DNA of 64,000 bases from an uncultured Clostridia bacterium (GCA_946414505.1 CAMKOU010000001.1:80-64079); one strand, 5' to 3'. Positions 8,639 to 18,946 are shown, numbered from the stretch's first letter. The notes: generated by a model from the letters alone, not told the origin. Numbers and translations: made by a program.

Positions 8639-10273
8639 ATGGTACATTGTCCGTCCTGCGGCGCAGGGCTGCGGTTTGAGATCGAAACCCAGCAAATGTA
8701 CTGCGACCACTGCCTGGGACACTTTCACCCGGCAGAATTATACGACAAGGTATCCGACGACGCCAAAGCCGAAAAAACCTTTGACAGCTTTGTGTATGTG
8801 TGTCCGTCGTGCGCCGGTGAAATGCAAACCACCGACAAAAACGACGCGGTGGGCTTTTGCCCGTATTGCGGCGGCGCGTCGATGATCTATGACAAGATCC
8901 GCAAGGAGTGGAAGCCCGACTTTCTCATTCCGTTTCAAATCACCAAGGAGCAGTGCAAGCAGCTGTATTGCGATGAGGTGAAAAAGCATCCGTTCGTGTC
9001 CAAAAAATTCCGTGATCCGCAGCTGATCGAAAGCTTCCGCGGCATTTACATGCCCTACTGTGAAATGGGCGGCACCGTCAGCGGCGAGGTGACGCTGCGC
9101 GCGGATTCGCATGAGCAAAACATCGGCGACTACCACTACGAAACGCGCCGCTATGACGTAAAGGGCACGGCGGAGTACACCGTTACGGGCGGTGCGGCGC
9201 ACGACGCGTCCGTTGCGTTTGACGACCACCTCAGCGAGCGGCTCGAGCCGTTTGACAAACGGAATCAGCGCAAATTCGCACCCGGCTATTTATGCGGCTT
9301 TTACGCCGAAACGGGCGACATGGACGCCGGCGACTATGCGGCGCTGGTGCGTGAGGACATGAAGGACGCGCTGTATAATGCCATGCAAAGCGACCCCACC
9401 CTGAAAAAGGCGCTGAACAGCGAGGACTTGCGGCTGAAAAAGCACGACCCCGAGGCGTATCTGCCTGTGCAGGTGAACGTCGGCAGGCGGATGCTCTATC
9501 CCGTTTGGTTCATGAGCTACCGCCGCGGCAATAGGATCACCTATGCCACCGTCAACGGGCAAACCGGCAAGGTAGCGGCGGATCTGCCGCTCAGTCCGCT
9601 GCGTATTTTACTCGCGGCGCTCGGCTGCGCGGCGGTGATTTTCGGGCTGCTGCTGCTTTTTTCGCAGTTTTTGCCCTCCATCCCCGCGAAAACCACGCTG
9701 GGCGTCAGCGGACTGCTCGGCATCATCGGCATGTTTGTCATGCAGCATTCTTACATCAACACCGTCGGCACCGCGCTCAACACCCTCGATATCGTGCATA
9801 AAAACCTGCCCCTGTGGTTTGTCGTATCGTCCGTCGCGGCGATCGTGGGTGTGGTGCTGATGTCCACCGACGGCAGCTACGCGCAGGATCGCTATGCGAT
9901 CGGCGCTTTGCTGACACTGGCGGGAACGGTCGTCAATTTGGTGCAGCATTTCAAGCAGCGCCGCCTGACCAAATCTATCAGCAAAACGGAGCTGCAAACA
10001 CGCTCCATGCAAACCAACGGCATTCTTGCCGAAGCTAAGCGGTTTAACCGTATCAACGGCATTTTGCGCGCGGTGATGTACATCAGCATGATCGTTTCGC
10101 TGCTCGGCAGCTTTGCGCAAACGCCCCACAATGCGCTGCTGTATGCGTTGTCGTTTATCGCGTGCGGAGAGCTGATCGCGCTGGCGCTGCTGCATATTCA
10201 GTTTCAAACCAACGTGGCAAAGCGCAGACTGCCGCAGTTTAACAAAAAGGGGGCGGCGTATGATGAAAACTAA
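8639..10273 (+). CDS. double zinc-ribbon membrane protein
   Basis: SD GAAAGGAG; four CxxC motifs, YMPY, LYPVWF..VNGQTGKV, about six C-terminal TM helices. Confidence 0.85.
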   Translation: MVHCPSCGAGLRFEIETQQMYCDHCLGHFHPAELYDKVSDDAKAEKTFDSFVYVCPSCAGEMQTTDKNDAVGFCPYCGGASMIYDKIRKEWKPDFLIPFQITKEQCKQLYCDEVKKHPFVSKKFRDPQLIESFRGIYMPYCEMGGTVSGEVTLRADSHEQNIGDYHYETRRYDVKGTAEYTVTGGAAHDASVAFDDHLSERLEPFDKRNQRKFAPGYLCGFYAETGDMDAGDYAALVREDMKDALYNAMQSDPTLKKALNSEDLRLKKHDPEAYLPVQVNVGRRMLYPVWFMSYRRGNRITYATVNGQTGKVAADLPLSPLRILLAALGCAAVIFGLLLLFSQFLPSIPAKTTLGVSGLLGIIGMFVMQHSYINTVGTALNTLDIVHKNLPLWFVVSSVAAIVGVVLMSTDGSYAQDRYAIGALLTLAGTVVNLVQHFKQRRLTKSISKTELQTRSMQTNGILAEAKRFNRINGILRAVMYISMIVSLLGSFAQTPHNALLYALSFIACGELIALALLHIQFQTNVAKRRLPQFNKKGAAYDEN

Positions 10274-11111
10274 GCTGTTGAAGCCGGTGCTTGTCACGGC
10301 GCTGGCGCTGCTGCTCGCCCTGTCCGCGCTGACGGCTGCGGGCGCCGCGACGGAATACGCCTACGCCAACCCCGAAACCGGCTACCGCGTGGTCATTCTC
10401 GACGAGCTGCATTTGCTCAGTGACAGCGAAAAGGTGCAGCTGATCACCGACATGCAGCCGCTCACCGATTACGGCAACATCGCGTTTTGGACAACGGAAA
10501 GCGCCACATCCAACGAGATCGACCAGGCGCGGATCAAGCGGAAGGAGCTGTTTGAATTTCAAAGCGCCGGCATTTTTGTCATCAATATGAACGTGCGCAA
10601 GCTGACGATCCAAACCTACGGCGACATGAACAAAAGCGTGTCCGATTCGCTGGCGCGTTCCATCACCGACAACGTCAAGGGATTTGCGTCGGAAAAGGAC
10701 TACTATACCTGCGCGAAAACCGCCTTTTCGCAGATGCTCGACGTCTGCGAAAGCCGCGCCATCAGCGAGCCGATGAAATTTACGAGCTTTGCGGTGATCG
10801 CCGTCATGGCAGGTCTGATCATTGCGCTGGGCATTGCGTTTTCCAAAAAATTCAATCCGATGCAGCAGGAGGCGCCGGCGGCGTCCTACCGCAGATATAA
10901 GGCGAAGGGCAGCTTTGCGCCGAACGTGCAGTTGCAGTATATCGGTTCCACCACCGTCCACCGCCCGCCCGCGCCGAAGGTGATCACCTTCAGCAGCTCA
11001 AGCTGTTCGAGCTGTTCGAGCGGCTCCAGCTGTTCCAGTTGTTCCAGCTGTTCGAGCTGTTCCAGCTGCGGAGGCGGCGGCTGCGGCAGCGGCGGCAGCT
11101 CGTCCTTCTAG
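10260..11111 (+). CDS. TPM-domain membrane protein with Cys/Ser-repeat C-terminal tail
   Basis: Signal peptide, D..LLSDSEK TPM-like start, TM helix, tail SSSSCSSCSSGSSCSSCSSCSSCSSCGGGGCGSGGSSSF. Confidence 0.85.
   Translation: MMKTKLLKPVLVTALALLLALSALTAAGAATEYAYANPETGYRVVILDELHLLSDSEKVQLITDMQPLTDYGNIAFWTTESATSNEIDQARIKRKELFEFQSAGIFVINMNVRKLTIQTYGDMNKSVSDSLARSITDNVKGFASEKDYYTCAKTAFSQMLDVCESRAISEPMKFTSFAVIAVMAGLIIALGIAFSKKFNPMQQEAPAASYRRYKAKGSFAPNVQLQYIGSTTVHRPPAPKVITFSSSSCSSCSSGSSCSSCSSCSSCSSCGGGGCGSGGSSSF
11001..11069 (+). repeat. 9-bp tandem coding repeat (AGC TGT TCS; Ser-Cys-Ser)
   Basis: About 7.5 copies with synonymous variation and one Cys-to-Gly unit. Confidence 0.9.
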
Positions 11112-11120
11112 TACGTCGTT

Positions 11121-12092
11121 ATGGAATATCAAAGCTTTACCCTGCAATGGCACATCACGCACCGCTGCAACCTGCGGTGCCGGCACTGCTACCAGGACGA
11201 CTACACCGCTTTTGAATCGCGTGCCGATATGGAGCGCGTGCTCGACCAATTCAGTGCACTGCTGGACGCGTATCAAAGTCACGGACATTTAAATGTGACA
11301 GGCGGCGAGCCGCTGACGCATCCCGATCTGTTTTGGCTGCTGCGGCAGGCAAGGGAGCGCGGACTCACCACGGGCGTGCTCACCAACGGCACGCTGCTCG
11401 GCGTGCGGGAAGCAAAGCTGCTGCGCGCGTGCGGCGTCAGCTATGTGCAGATCAGCTTGGACGGCTGTGAAAAAACGCACGAGCAGATCCGCGGCAAGGG
11501 CAGCTTTCAGCGCGCCGTCAGCGGCGTTCACGCGCTGAAATCGCAGGGCTTGTTTACCAGTATTTCCTTTACCGCGCAAAAAAATAACCGCCGTGAGCTG
11601 CGGCGGCTGGCGCGCGTGTGCGGCGACCTCGGCGTGGATAAGCTGTGGTTTGACCGCGTCGTCATCCCGGCTGACGAGGACAGCGAAGGGCTTTCGCTGA
11701 GCGCCTCGGAGTACCGCCGCCTGTGCAACACCGCCGCTGCGCTGAACCGCAGGGGAAAGGTGTTTTGCGGCAGGGCGCTGCAATTTTTGCCCTGTCAAAA
11801 CAAGCAGGTGTACCGCTGCGCGGCAGGCGGGGACTTACTGGTGGTGCTTGCCAACGGCGACGTCATGCCGTGCCGCCGCCTGCCGCTGGTGATCGGCAAC
11901 GTAAAGGAAACCGACCTGCTGACGCTGCACCGCGACAGCCCCCTGATGCGCACGCTGCGTGAAACGCCTGTGCCGCAGGCGTGCGCCGCCTGTCAATATG
12001 CCGGCTGCTGCCGCGGCGGCGCCAAATGCATTGCCTTCGCGCGCGAAGGACGGTTTGATATTGCCGATCCCGACTGTCCGCTGCTGCATTGA
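11121..12092 (+). CDS. radical SAM/SPASM domain protein
   Basis: CNLRCRHC (Cx3Cx2C), TGGEP, TNG, QISLDG; C-terminal CAAG..GDVMPC..CAAC..CCRGG..C..DPDC. Confidence 0.95.
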   Translation: MEYQSFTLQWHITHRCNLRCRHCYQDDYTAFESRADMERVLDQFSALLDAYQSHGHLNVTGGEPLTHPDLFWLLRQARERGLTTGVLTNGTLLGVREAKLLRACGVSYVQISLDGCEKTHEQIRGKGSFQRAVSGVHALKSQGLFTSISFTAQKNNRRELRRLARVCGDLGVDKLWFDRVVIPADEDSEGLSLSASEYRRLCNTAAALNRRGKVFCGRALQFLPCQNKQVYRCAAGGDLLVVLANGDVMPCRRLPLVIGNVKETDLLTLHRDSPLMRTLRETPVPQACAACQYAGCCRGGAKCIAFAREGRFDIADPDCPLLH

Positions 12093-12176
12093 TTTTATGC
12101 GATGCCCAAAAAAGACTTGCTATTTTATTCAAAATGTTGTATAATAATAAAATAGAACTTTGGGAGGTGCTTCGGT

Positions 12177-12422
12177 ATGCTAGATAAAACCATGATATTT
12201 TCGCTTGGTGAAGAAAAAGAAGACCAAATCAAGGCCGGGTTGACCATTGTATATGACGCGTTGAGACAAAAGGGCTACAATCCCATCAACCAGATTGTGG
12301 GATACATTCTTTCGGAGGATCCCACCTATATTACCACATATAACAACGCCCGCAATATCATCAGCAAAATTGACCGCGATGATTTACTGGAAGCACTGGT
12401 GAAATCATACCTGAACGTTTAA
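12177..12422 (+). CDS. ireB: IreB/ReoM family regulatory phosphoprotein (UPF0297)
   Basis: [28 protein letters not shown]. Confidence 0.93.
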   Translation: MLDKTMIFSLGEEKEDQIKAGLTIVYDALRQKGYNPINQIVGYILSEDPTYITTYNNARNIISKIDRDDLLEALVKSYLNV

Positions 12423-12449
12423 TCAAAAACCGGAAAGGATTGGTGCCTT

Positions 12450-12758
12450 GTGGCAGACAGCAAACAACAACAGGCGTTTTTTACCTACAAGGGCAGACCG
12501 CTTGTGCGCTGCGGCGATGAGCTTTACTACGGCAACATGGAGGAGCCGTATGTCATCCGTTTGCAGATAAAAAGCAAAAAAGAAGTGGGCGGCGAGGAGA
12601 TCGCCGACAAGGTGACGGTGCAGCTGATGGCGACCGACCCGTATCTGTCTCCGAGAAAGCAGCTGGTGAAGTCCAGCGAAAAATCCGGTCTGTATTTGGC
12701 GATGGATATCGCGGATATCTGGCTGGAGCGTGCACTCGCTAATAAGAATAAAAAGTAA
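12450..12758 (+). CDS. conserved hypothetical protein
   Basis: SD GAAAGGA, GTG start, protein-like sequence YKGRPLVR..YYGNM..ADIWLERAL. Confidence 0.8.
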   Translation: MADSKQQQAFFTYKGRPLVRCGDELYYGNMEEPYVIRLQIKSKKEVGGEEIADKVTVQLMATDPYLSPRKQLVKSSEKSGLYLAMDIADIWLERALANKNKK

Positions 12759-12902
12759 ATTTCTGACGTTAAGGCGGTTTTATCTTCTGTCCCATTGCAT
12801 ATAATTGACCGATATGCAATGATGATGAAGGACAGCATAAGACCGCAAATGCAAAACCCCGCCGTCCGGCGGGGTTTTGTTTCGCTTTTGTTTAGCAAAA
12901 AT

Positions 12903-13355
12903 TTATGCCTGGCTTTTAAGCTGAACGGTGCCGATGATGTACAGCACGGGTACAACCAAACCGGTGACTGCCGACAAAGCCTGGAAGCTGCCGGAGCCGG
13001 CGGAAAACAGGATGGTGCCAAGGGTAGAGACAGCGGCGCAAATGATACCCCAAATCATCAGGGTTTTCGCCATAGCGGGATTGTTCCAGTTGTTTTTGCC
13101 TTTTACGCCGGCGATGATTTCAATCACGGAGCCTGCGATCAGTACCACAACGCCAAACCACAGCAAGCCCATAACCACGCCTGCCTGTCCGCTTTGCTGC
13201 GTCGTCAACTGGCTTTGCACCTCTTCACTGGAAACGCCTACCTGGAGAACACCGGCGGCGAGTGCAAAGAAAAAGCTGCCGACAGCACCGATAATACCGC
13301 CTACCATCATGATGATGCTCATGACCTTTAAAAGCATTGATCCTTTTTGTTCCAT
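12903..13355 (-). CDS. four-TM membrane protein
   Basis: SD GAGGAGG; four hydrophobic segments; terminator at 12851-12880. Confidence 0.8.
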   Translation of the reverse strand: MEQKGSMLLKVMSIIMMVGGIIGAVGSFFFALAAGVLQVGVSSEEVQSQLTTQQSGQAGVVMGLLWFGVVVLIAGSVIEIIAGVKGKNNWNNPAMAKTLMIWGIICAAVSTLGTILFSAGSGSFQALSAVTGLVVPVLYIIGTVQLKSQA

Positions 13356-13684
13356 TGATAAATCCTCCTCATAAAAAAGTGATAGTTATGTCGGTCTTTC
13401 GACCGCTCTTATTATACCACAAAATTTGGGAAAAAGATATTACAATGTTGTCATAGGCGGCGCAGTATGTGACAAAACACGGGGAATGTTTGGTGCAGTA
13501 TGTCATATTATACATACTGTTGATAGAATTCTGCAAAAATCTTGTCCCAAAATTTCAATTTGTGCAAAAAAACTGTAGAAAATTGCGAAAGTGTATGGTA
13601 TAATAGTGGCAGTCCGTCGATAGCGGACTGGTTCAAAGAAAGAGAGTATGCGCGTTAGTTTTTGGTGAGAATGGGAAGGAATTT

Positions 13685-15352
13685 ATGGATACTTATGCAA
13701 TTGTATTAAAAGTCATATTGGCACTCGGCGGACTCGGTTTGTTTTTGATCGGTATGAAAAACATGGGCGAGGGTCTGGAGCTCGCCGCCGGTAACAAGCT
13801 GAGGGTACTGCTGCAAAAAATCACAAGCAATAAGTTTATCGCCATGCTGGTCGGCGTGCTGGTCACGGCGGTCATTCAAAGCTCCTCGGCGACTGACGCC
13901 ATGGTGGTCGGTTTTGCCAATGCCGGCTTGATGGAGCTCGGACAGGCGATCGGCATTTTGTTCGGCGCGAAAATCGGTACCACGGTCACGTCGCTGCTGA
14001 TGGCGATCGACATCAAGGCGTTTGTGCCGATATTCATTTTTATCGGCGCCGTCATCATCACCTTCTCGCGGAAAAACAATATCAAATATTACGGTCAGAT
14101 CTCCGCCGGCTTCGGTATGCTGTTCCTCGGCTTGTCGCTGATGAGCGAAAACCTGAAGTGGATGGGCGAAAGCGCGGCGTTCAAGGGACTGGCGGACGAC
14201 CTGTCCTTCCCGCTGATCGGACTTTTGGTGGGCATCATCTTTACGGGCATCATCCAAAGCTCCTCGGCGTCGGTGGGTATTATGATGGCGCTGGCGATGG
14301 CAGGCGTTATCACCGGCTTGGATCAGGCGGTATTTGTTATCTTCGGCTTCAACGTCGGCGCGTGCTCGGCGGCGCTGCTGTCCTCCATGGGCGCCAACCG
14401 CACCTCCAAGCAGATCGCGCTGGCTAACTTCCTGATCAGTGCCATCGGTGCGCTGATCATGACACTGATCACGATATTCCTGCCGTTTACCGCGTTTGTC
14501 GAGTCGGTGCTGCCCGCGTCCCGCTTCGGCCTGGCGTCGCAGATCTCGGCAACGCATATCATCTTTAATATCGCCATCACGGTGATATTGCTGCCGTTCT
14601 CCGGCTTGATCGAGCGCCTGACAAGGCTCATTTTGCCCGACACGGACGAAAAAAGAGAAAAAATGGAAACCGTTTATCTCGACACCCGTATCCTTACCAC
14701 GCCTCCCATGGCGGTACTTTCGGTGGAAAACGAGTGCAAGCGTCTGGGCGAGCTCGCCTGCAAAAACTACAACTACGCCATGCGTGCGTTTTTTGAGGGC
14801 GACGCTCACCTGATCGACAAGGTGCACAACAACGAAAAGCTGATCGATTATTTGACGCACGAGATCACGCGGTATATCGTTAAGATCAACGGCTTGGATA
14901 TCGTGGACAGCGACCGCAAGACCATGGGCGTAATGTACTCGGCGATCCAAGACATGGAGCGTATCGGCGACCACGCCGAAAACATCGTGGAGCACGCCAA
15001 GGAAATGATGCAGAAAAAGGTGAAGTTTACCGATGACGCCATGGAGGAGCTGCACAGCCTGGACGAAATGGTGAAAAAGCTGCTCGACGAAGGCTTTGCG
15101 CTGTTTAACGCCCAAAACGTCGATTTTGACATCGCCAAGTCAGTCATCGAAACCGAAAGTGCGCTTGACAGTCACGTCAAAATTTATAAATACAACCATA
15201 TCAACCGCATGAACAACGGTGTTTGCAGCGCCGAAAACGGTTCCGTGTTCCTCGATATGCTTACTATATTGGAAAGAGTCGGCGACCACGCCAACAATGT
15301 AGCGTTCTCCATTCCGAGAAACAAGCTCGGCGCTATTGTAAAAAGAGGTTAA
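13685..15352 (+). CDS. Na/Pi cotransporter family protein with PhoU domains
   Basis: Two QSSSA motifs; DMERIGDHAENI and LERVGDHANN PhoU repeats. Confidence 0.93.
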   Translation: MDTYAIVLKVILALGGLGLFLIGMKNMGEGLELAAGNKLRVLLQKITSNKFIAMLVGVLVTAVIQSSSATDAMVVGFANAGLMELGQAIGILFGAKIGTTVTSLLMAIDIKAFVPIFIFIGAVIITFSRKNNIKYYGQISAGFGMLFLGLSLMSENLKWMGESAAFKGLADDLSFPLIGLLVGIIFTGIIQSSSASVGIMMALAMAGVITGLDQAVFVIFGFNVGACSAALLSSMGANRTSKQIALANFLISAIGALIMTLITIFLPFTAFVESVLPASRFGLASQISATHIIFNIAITVILLPFSGLIERLTRLILPDTDEKREKMETVYLDTRILTTPPMAVLSVENECKRLGELACKNYNYAMRAFFEGDAHLIDKVHNNEKLIDYLTHEITRYIVKINGLDIVDSDRKTMGVMYSAIQDMERIGDHAENIVEHAKEMMQKKVKFTDDAMEELHSLDEMVKKLLDEGFALFNAQNVDFDIAKSVIETESALDSHVKIYKYNHINRMNNGVCSAENGSVFLDMLTILERVGDHANNVAFSIPRNKLGAIVKRG

Positions 15353-15355
15353 TAC

Positions 15356-16348
15356 ATGAAACACAAATTTCTTTTGTTCCTGCTCGCCTTTATTGTCGGC
15401 GCAGCTGCATTGACAGCCTGCGCATCCGATGACAAGGGCAGCAGCGAGGCGGTCAACCGTGTGTATCCCGACGGTCAGGGCAAATACTATGACCCTGCCG
15501 ACATGACACAGCAGACGGACAGTTCCGCCGCGTCCAAGGGTACCACGGCGGCAACGAAAACGACGACAAAGCCCGCTGCGACCACCAAACCGAAAACGAC
15601 CGCGGCGGCAGCTTCCACGGTGCCGACCGCCGTTAATCCCGCCGCCACCTCCACACAGACGACCGTACAGGCAAATGTGCCTGCCGACAATATCTCCGGC
15701 GGCAACATCAATCCCAACATCGGAGCGATCCAAAGCGATATGCAAAACCAAATCGACTCGCTGGCGGTGACGTCTATTGCGTTAAGCAGCAATTCGCTGA
15801 CGGTGTCGGTGGGAGAAACCAGCGCGCTGACCGTTACCTTCCGGCCGTCCAATGCCGTCAACAAAACCTGCACCGCTGCCGCCGACAATCAAAATGTCAG
15901 CGTTGCCGTTTCGGACAAAACGGTTTCGGTGACGGGCGTCAAGGCAGGTGTGACAACGCTGACGGTCACCTCCGCCAACGGACACAAGGCGACCTGCAAC
16001 ATTACGGTCAGACCCAGCCAGTCCAGCGCCACGGACGATACGGCGCTGTCGCATGGTGAATTGGTGACAGCTGCCAACGCAGATCGCTGGGCGACTGCGG
16101 TTTCCGATGCTTTGGAGTCCCTGGGCATGGCGCGCAACGGTTCCTTGCAGGGGAACAGCATTGTGTTGACCACCGACGGGCTGGACAACAAATCCTTTAA
16201 CACGGTGCTGAATGAGTTTATCAGCCAAGCCCAATCCGGTGCCGAGCAATTGACCGACAGCGAATGGGACAGCTATGAATTCAACTGTGTGTACCGTGCG
16301 CAAAGCAACGGTGAATATGCCATTGTTATTTCGATAAACGAATTATAA
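15356..16348 (+). CDS. lipoprotein with bacterial Ig-like (Big_2) domain
   Basis: Lipobox LTAC, T/A/K linker, VTSIALS..LTVSVGET..PSNAVNK..GHKATCNITV. Confidence 0.82.
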   Translation: MKHKFLLFLLAFIVGAAALTACASDDKGSSEAVNRVYPDGQGKYYDPADMTQQTDSSAASKGTTAATKTTTKPAATTKPKTTAAAASTVPTAVNPAATSTQTTVQANVPADNISGGNINPNIGAIQSDMQNQIDSLAVTSIALSSNSLTVSVGETSALTVTFRPSNAVNKTCTAAADNQNVSVAVSDKTVSVTGVKAGVTTLTVTSANGHKATCNITVRPSQSSATDDTALSHGELVTAANADRWATAVSDALESLGMARNGSLQGNSIVLTTDGLDNKSFNTVLNEFISQAQSGAEQLTDSEWDSYEFNCVYRAQSNGEYAIVISINEL

Positions 16349-16394
16349 AGCGACGAAAAGCGGGCTGCTTCCTTTTTGGAAGCAGCCCGTAAAA

Positions 16395-16940
16395 TTATGT
16401 GTTGCCAAACAGCTCCACGGCGGTGTAGTCGTGGTGAACCGCAGGGAGAAATGTTTCTAAAACGTCCTTGGTTTGCAGCCGCAGGCTCGAGGTGTTGACG
16501 CAGGGGTGACAGCCGATGGTGTCGTCCTGCAACAGATCCCTGTCGATCAGCAGCTTGACACGGTTTTCCGTGTCGTTCATCAGTCCCAGCACGCTGACCG
16601 CGCCGGGTTGAATGTCGAGCAGGGACAGCATAAAATCATCGGTCGCAAAGCTGAGCCGCGCCGAATGGATCTGCGCACTCAGCTCCTTTGTTTTAAAGGG
16701 CTTGTCCGCAGGCATCAGCAGCAGATAAAACGCGGTTTTTTGGCGGTTGCAGAGGAACAGGTTTTTGCACATTTTTGTCCCGAGCACCGCGTCAACGGCA
16801 AGACAATCCTCCATGGTTTCGGCAGGGGCGTGATCGACGCGCCCGTAGGCGATCCCCAAACGATCCAGGCAGTCATAAACGCGCAGCTCGCGCGGCAGTC
16901 TGTCTCCGGTCTGTGCCGGCCTGCCTTCAGTGTATTCCAT
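16395..16940 (-). CDS. YbaK/ProX-type prolyl-tRNA editing protein
   Basis: KNLFL, ARLSFA, PGAVSVLGL, GCHPCVNTSS. Confidence 0.9.
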   Translation of the reverse strand: MEYTEGRPAQTGDRLPRELRVYDCLDRLGIAYGRVDHAPAETMEDCLAVDAVLGTKMCKNLFLCNRQKTAFYLLLMPADKPFKTKELSAQIHSARLSFATDDFMLSLLDIQPGAVSVLGLMNDTENRVKLLIDRDLLQDDTIGCHPCVNTSSLRLQTKDVLETFLPAVHHDYTAVELFGNT

Positions 16941-17985
16941 TCGTATCCTCCTTTTTGCTTTTTTGATACAGCAGCTTGCGCTGCGGGATCAGCGTGATCA
17001 AATACGACACGGTGTTTGCCGCGATTTTTGCCCATACGAGGGGCATCCCGAGTGCCGTCGCCCCATACAGCGCAAGGGTGTGCAGCAGCCAAACACCGGC
17101 GGCAACGGCGGCATACCGCCCGGCGGTCAGCACGCGCGGCGCCGGCGCCTGCTGCATATCGCGCTTTAACAGCCGGTAATGCAGCGTGCCGCTGCACAGC
17201 CCGGCGGCGGCATTGCAAAGCAGCAGGTTCCATCCGTATCCCACGGTAAGACTGCCGAAAAACAACAGGCAAAACAGTAAAACATCCAGTGCGAAGCAGA
17301 GGAAAGACGGCGCCGCCAAGCGGATGATCGTCGCGTAAATGATCACGGAATCGCGCACGGGGCGAAAGTGGGACAGATTGTTGCTGCCGTAATAGATGGT
17401 GCGGATCGGCACCTCGGTCAGCGGACCGTTGCAGCGCGCCCAGCGCATCAGCACGTTCAGTTCATATTCGTAGTGCTCGCCCGATACCGACAGCATAAAC
17501 GGCACAAGGCGGTGCGAAAAGCCGCGCAGACCTGTTTGGGTGTCGCGTACAAACGCTCCGGTGGCAAGGAAAAAGGCGATCTTCGTAATAAAGTTGCCCA
17601 TCAAATTGCGCGGCGGCATGTTGCGGTTGATGGCGCGACAGCCAATGACCAGTGCGTCGCTGCGCTTGCGCGCGGTTTTTGTAACATTCAAAATATCGTG
17701 CAGGCAGTGTTGTCCGTCCGCGTCGGCGGTCGTCACCGTGTAGGGCGGCTGAAAATGCTCCCGAATGTACCGCAAACCGGTTTTCAGGGCGGCGCCCTTG
17801 CCGCCGTTTTGCGCGCAGGTGACCACCTGCGCAAACAGCTGCGCCTTGTCAAACAGCGCGCGGTACATGGCGCCGCTGCCGTCGTCCACGATCACCACCT
17901 GCTGTCCCTTGTCGCGCAAAGCACGTGCCAGATCCGGTAAGCGTTCGTCCGGCTTATAGGACGGAATTAAAATGATACTTTGCAT
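16927..17985 (-). CDS. GT2 glycosyltransferase fused to GtrA-like domain
   Basis: LIPSYKP, VDDGS, NGGKGAALK, DADGQH, DTQTGLRG; C-terminal TM segments. Confidence 0.9.
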   Translation of the reverse strand: MQSIILIPSYKPDERLPDLARALRDKGQQVVIVDDGSGAMYRALFDKAQLFAQVVTCAQNGGKGAALKTGLRYIREHFQPPYTVTTADADGQHCLHDILNVTKTARKRSDALVIGCRAINRNMPPRNLMGNFITKIAFFLATGAFVRDTQTGLRGFSHRLVPFMLSVSGEHYEYELNVLMRWARCNGPLTEVPIRTIYYGSNNLSHFRPVRDSVIIYATIIRLAAPSFLCFALDVLLFCLLFFGSLTVGYGWNLLLCNAAAGLCSGTLHYRLLKRDMQQAPAPRVLTAGRYAAVAAGVWLLHTLALYGATALGMPLVWAKIAANTVSYLITLIPQRKLLYQKSKKEDTNGIH

Positions 17986-18021
17986 GAGCGGTTCCTTTCC
18001 GATGGGATCCTCTCCCTCGTT

Positions 18022-18921
18022 TCAGCGGCGGCGCCTGTCCGTTCCGGCTCCCAGCGCCGCAAATACAATGCACAGCACAAACAGCAGCACCGCCAAGCCA
18101 AGGTTGATGTACGGCATGTTGAGCAGCTTGAACTGAATGATGTTCCACGAAGTATCGTTGTATTCCACCACAATGCCGTTCAACAGACTGACAGCGTACA
18201 TCACGCCGGCACAGCTGCCGCCGTACAGCAGCGAGGCGGTAATGCCGAAGCCCGCCGCCACGCGCCGCTGCCGCACAAGCACCATGATGATAAACAGAAA
18301 AAACAGCACCAGTGAGATCAGGAATAAAATGGCGACCGCCAGTGCGGCGATCCTGCCCTGCGTGTATGCCAAATTGATATTTTCGGGCACGATGGAGGCT
18401 ATCCATTCGTTGTCCTCGCCCACGACAAACTGCACAACGTTGTTGTCCTCATACAGCTTTCTGCACAGATCCAGCAGGGAAAGGGTGCCTTCCGACACGC
18501 TCCAGTCCAGCAGCTGGTAATAATACGATACCCACTGCGCCAGCGGCAAAATAAAGCACAGCACCGACAGCAGTGCCGTCAGGTGTGATACCACCAGGTA
18601 CGGCACACGGCTTTTGCGCCGCACGGGATACGCTTGTACGGGCGGATACGGCGGCAGTGGTGGGGGCGTCTCCTTTTGCGGCGGCGCAGATGTCTGCCCG
18701 TCATTGGCAAACAGGGTTTTGTCGCCGTAGTCTGTCGGATCCGCAAAGTACTCGTTGGGACTCGCCGCCTCCTCCGGCTTTGGTTCCTTTTCCGTGCCGG
18801 GACGGTGGGTTTTGCCGTAACGCAGCGGAATGCGCACCTCGCTGCGGTGCAGCTTTTCGCCGCAGCTGCGGCAATAGGTCGCGCTGTTATGGTTGTTTTT
18901 TCCGCAATGCTCACAAATCAT
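18022..18921 (-). CDS. zinc-ribbon membrane protein
   Basis: CEHCG..CRSCG, Pro-rich linker, four TM segments. Confidence 0.8.
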   Translation of the reverse strand: MICEHCGKNNHNSATYCRSCGEKLHRSEVRIPLRYGKTHRPGTEKEPKPEEAASPNEYFADPTDYGDKTLFANDGQTSAPPQKETPPPLPPYPPVQAYPVRRKSRVPYLVVSHLTALLSVLCFILPLAQWVSYYYQLLDWSVSEGTLSLLDLCRKLYEDNNVVQFVVGEDNEWIASIVPENINLAYTQGRIAALAVAILFLISLVLFFLFIIMVLVRQRRVAAGFGITASLLYGGSCAGVMYAVSLLNGIVVEYNDTSWNIIQFKLLNMPYINLGLAVLLFVLCIVFAALGAGTDRRRR

Positions 18922-18946
18922 AAAATCACCTCTGAATGTTGGATCG

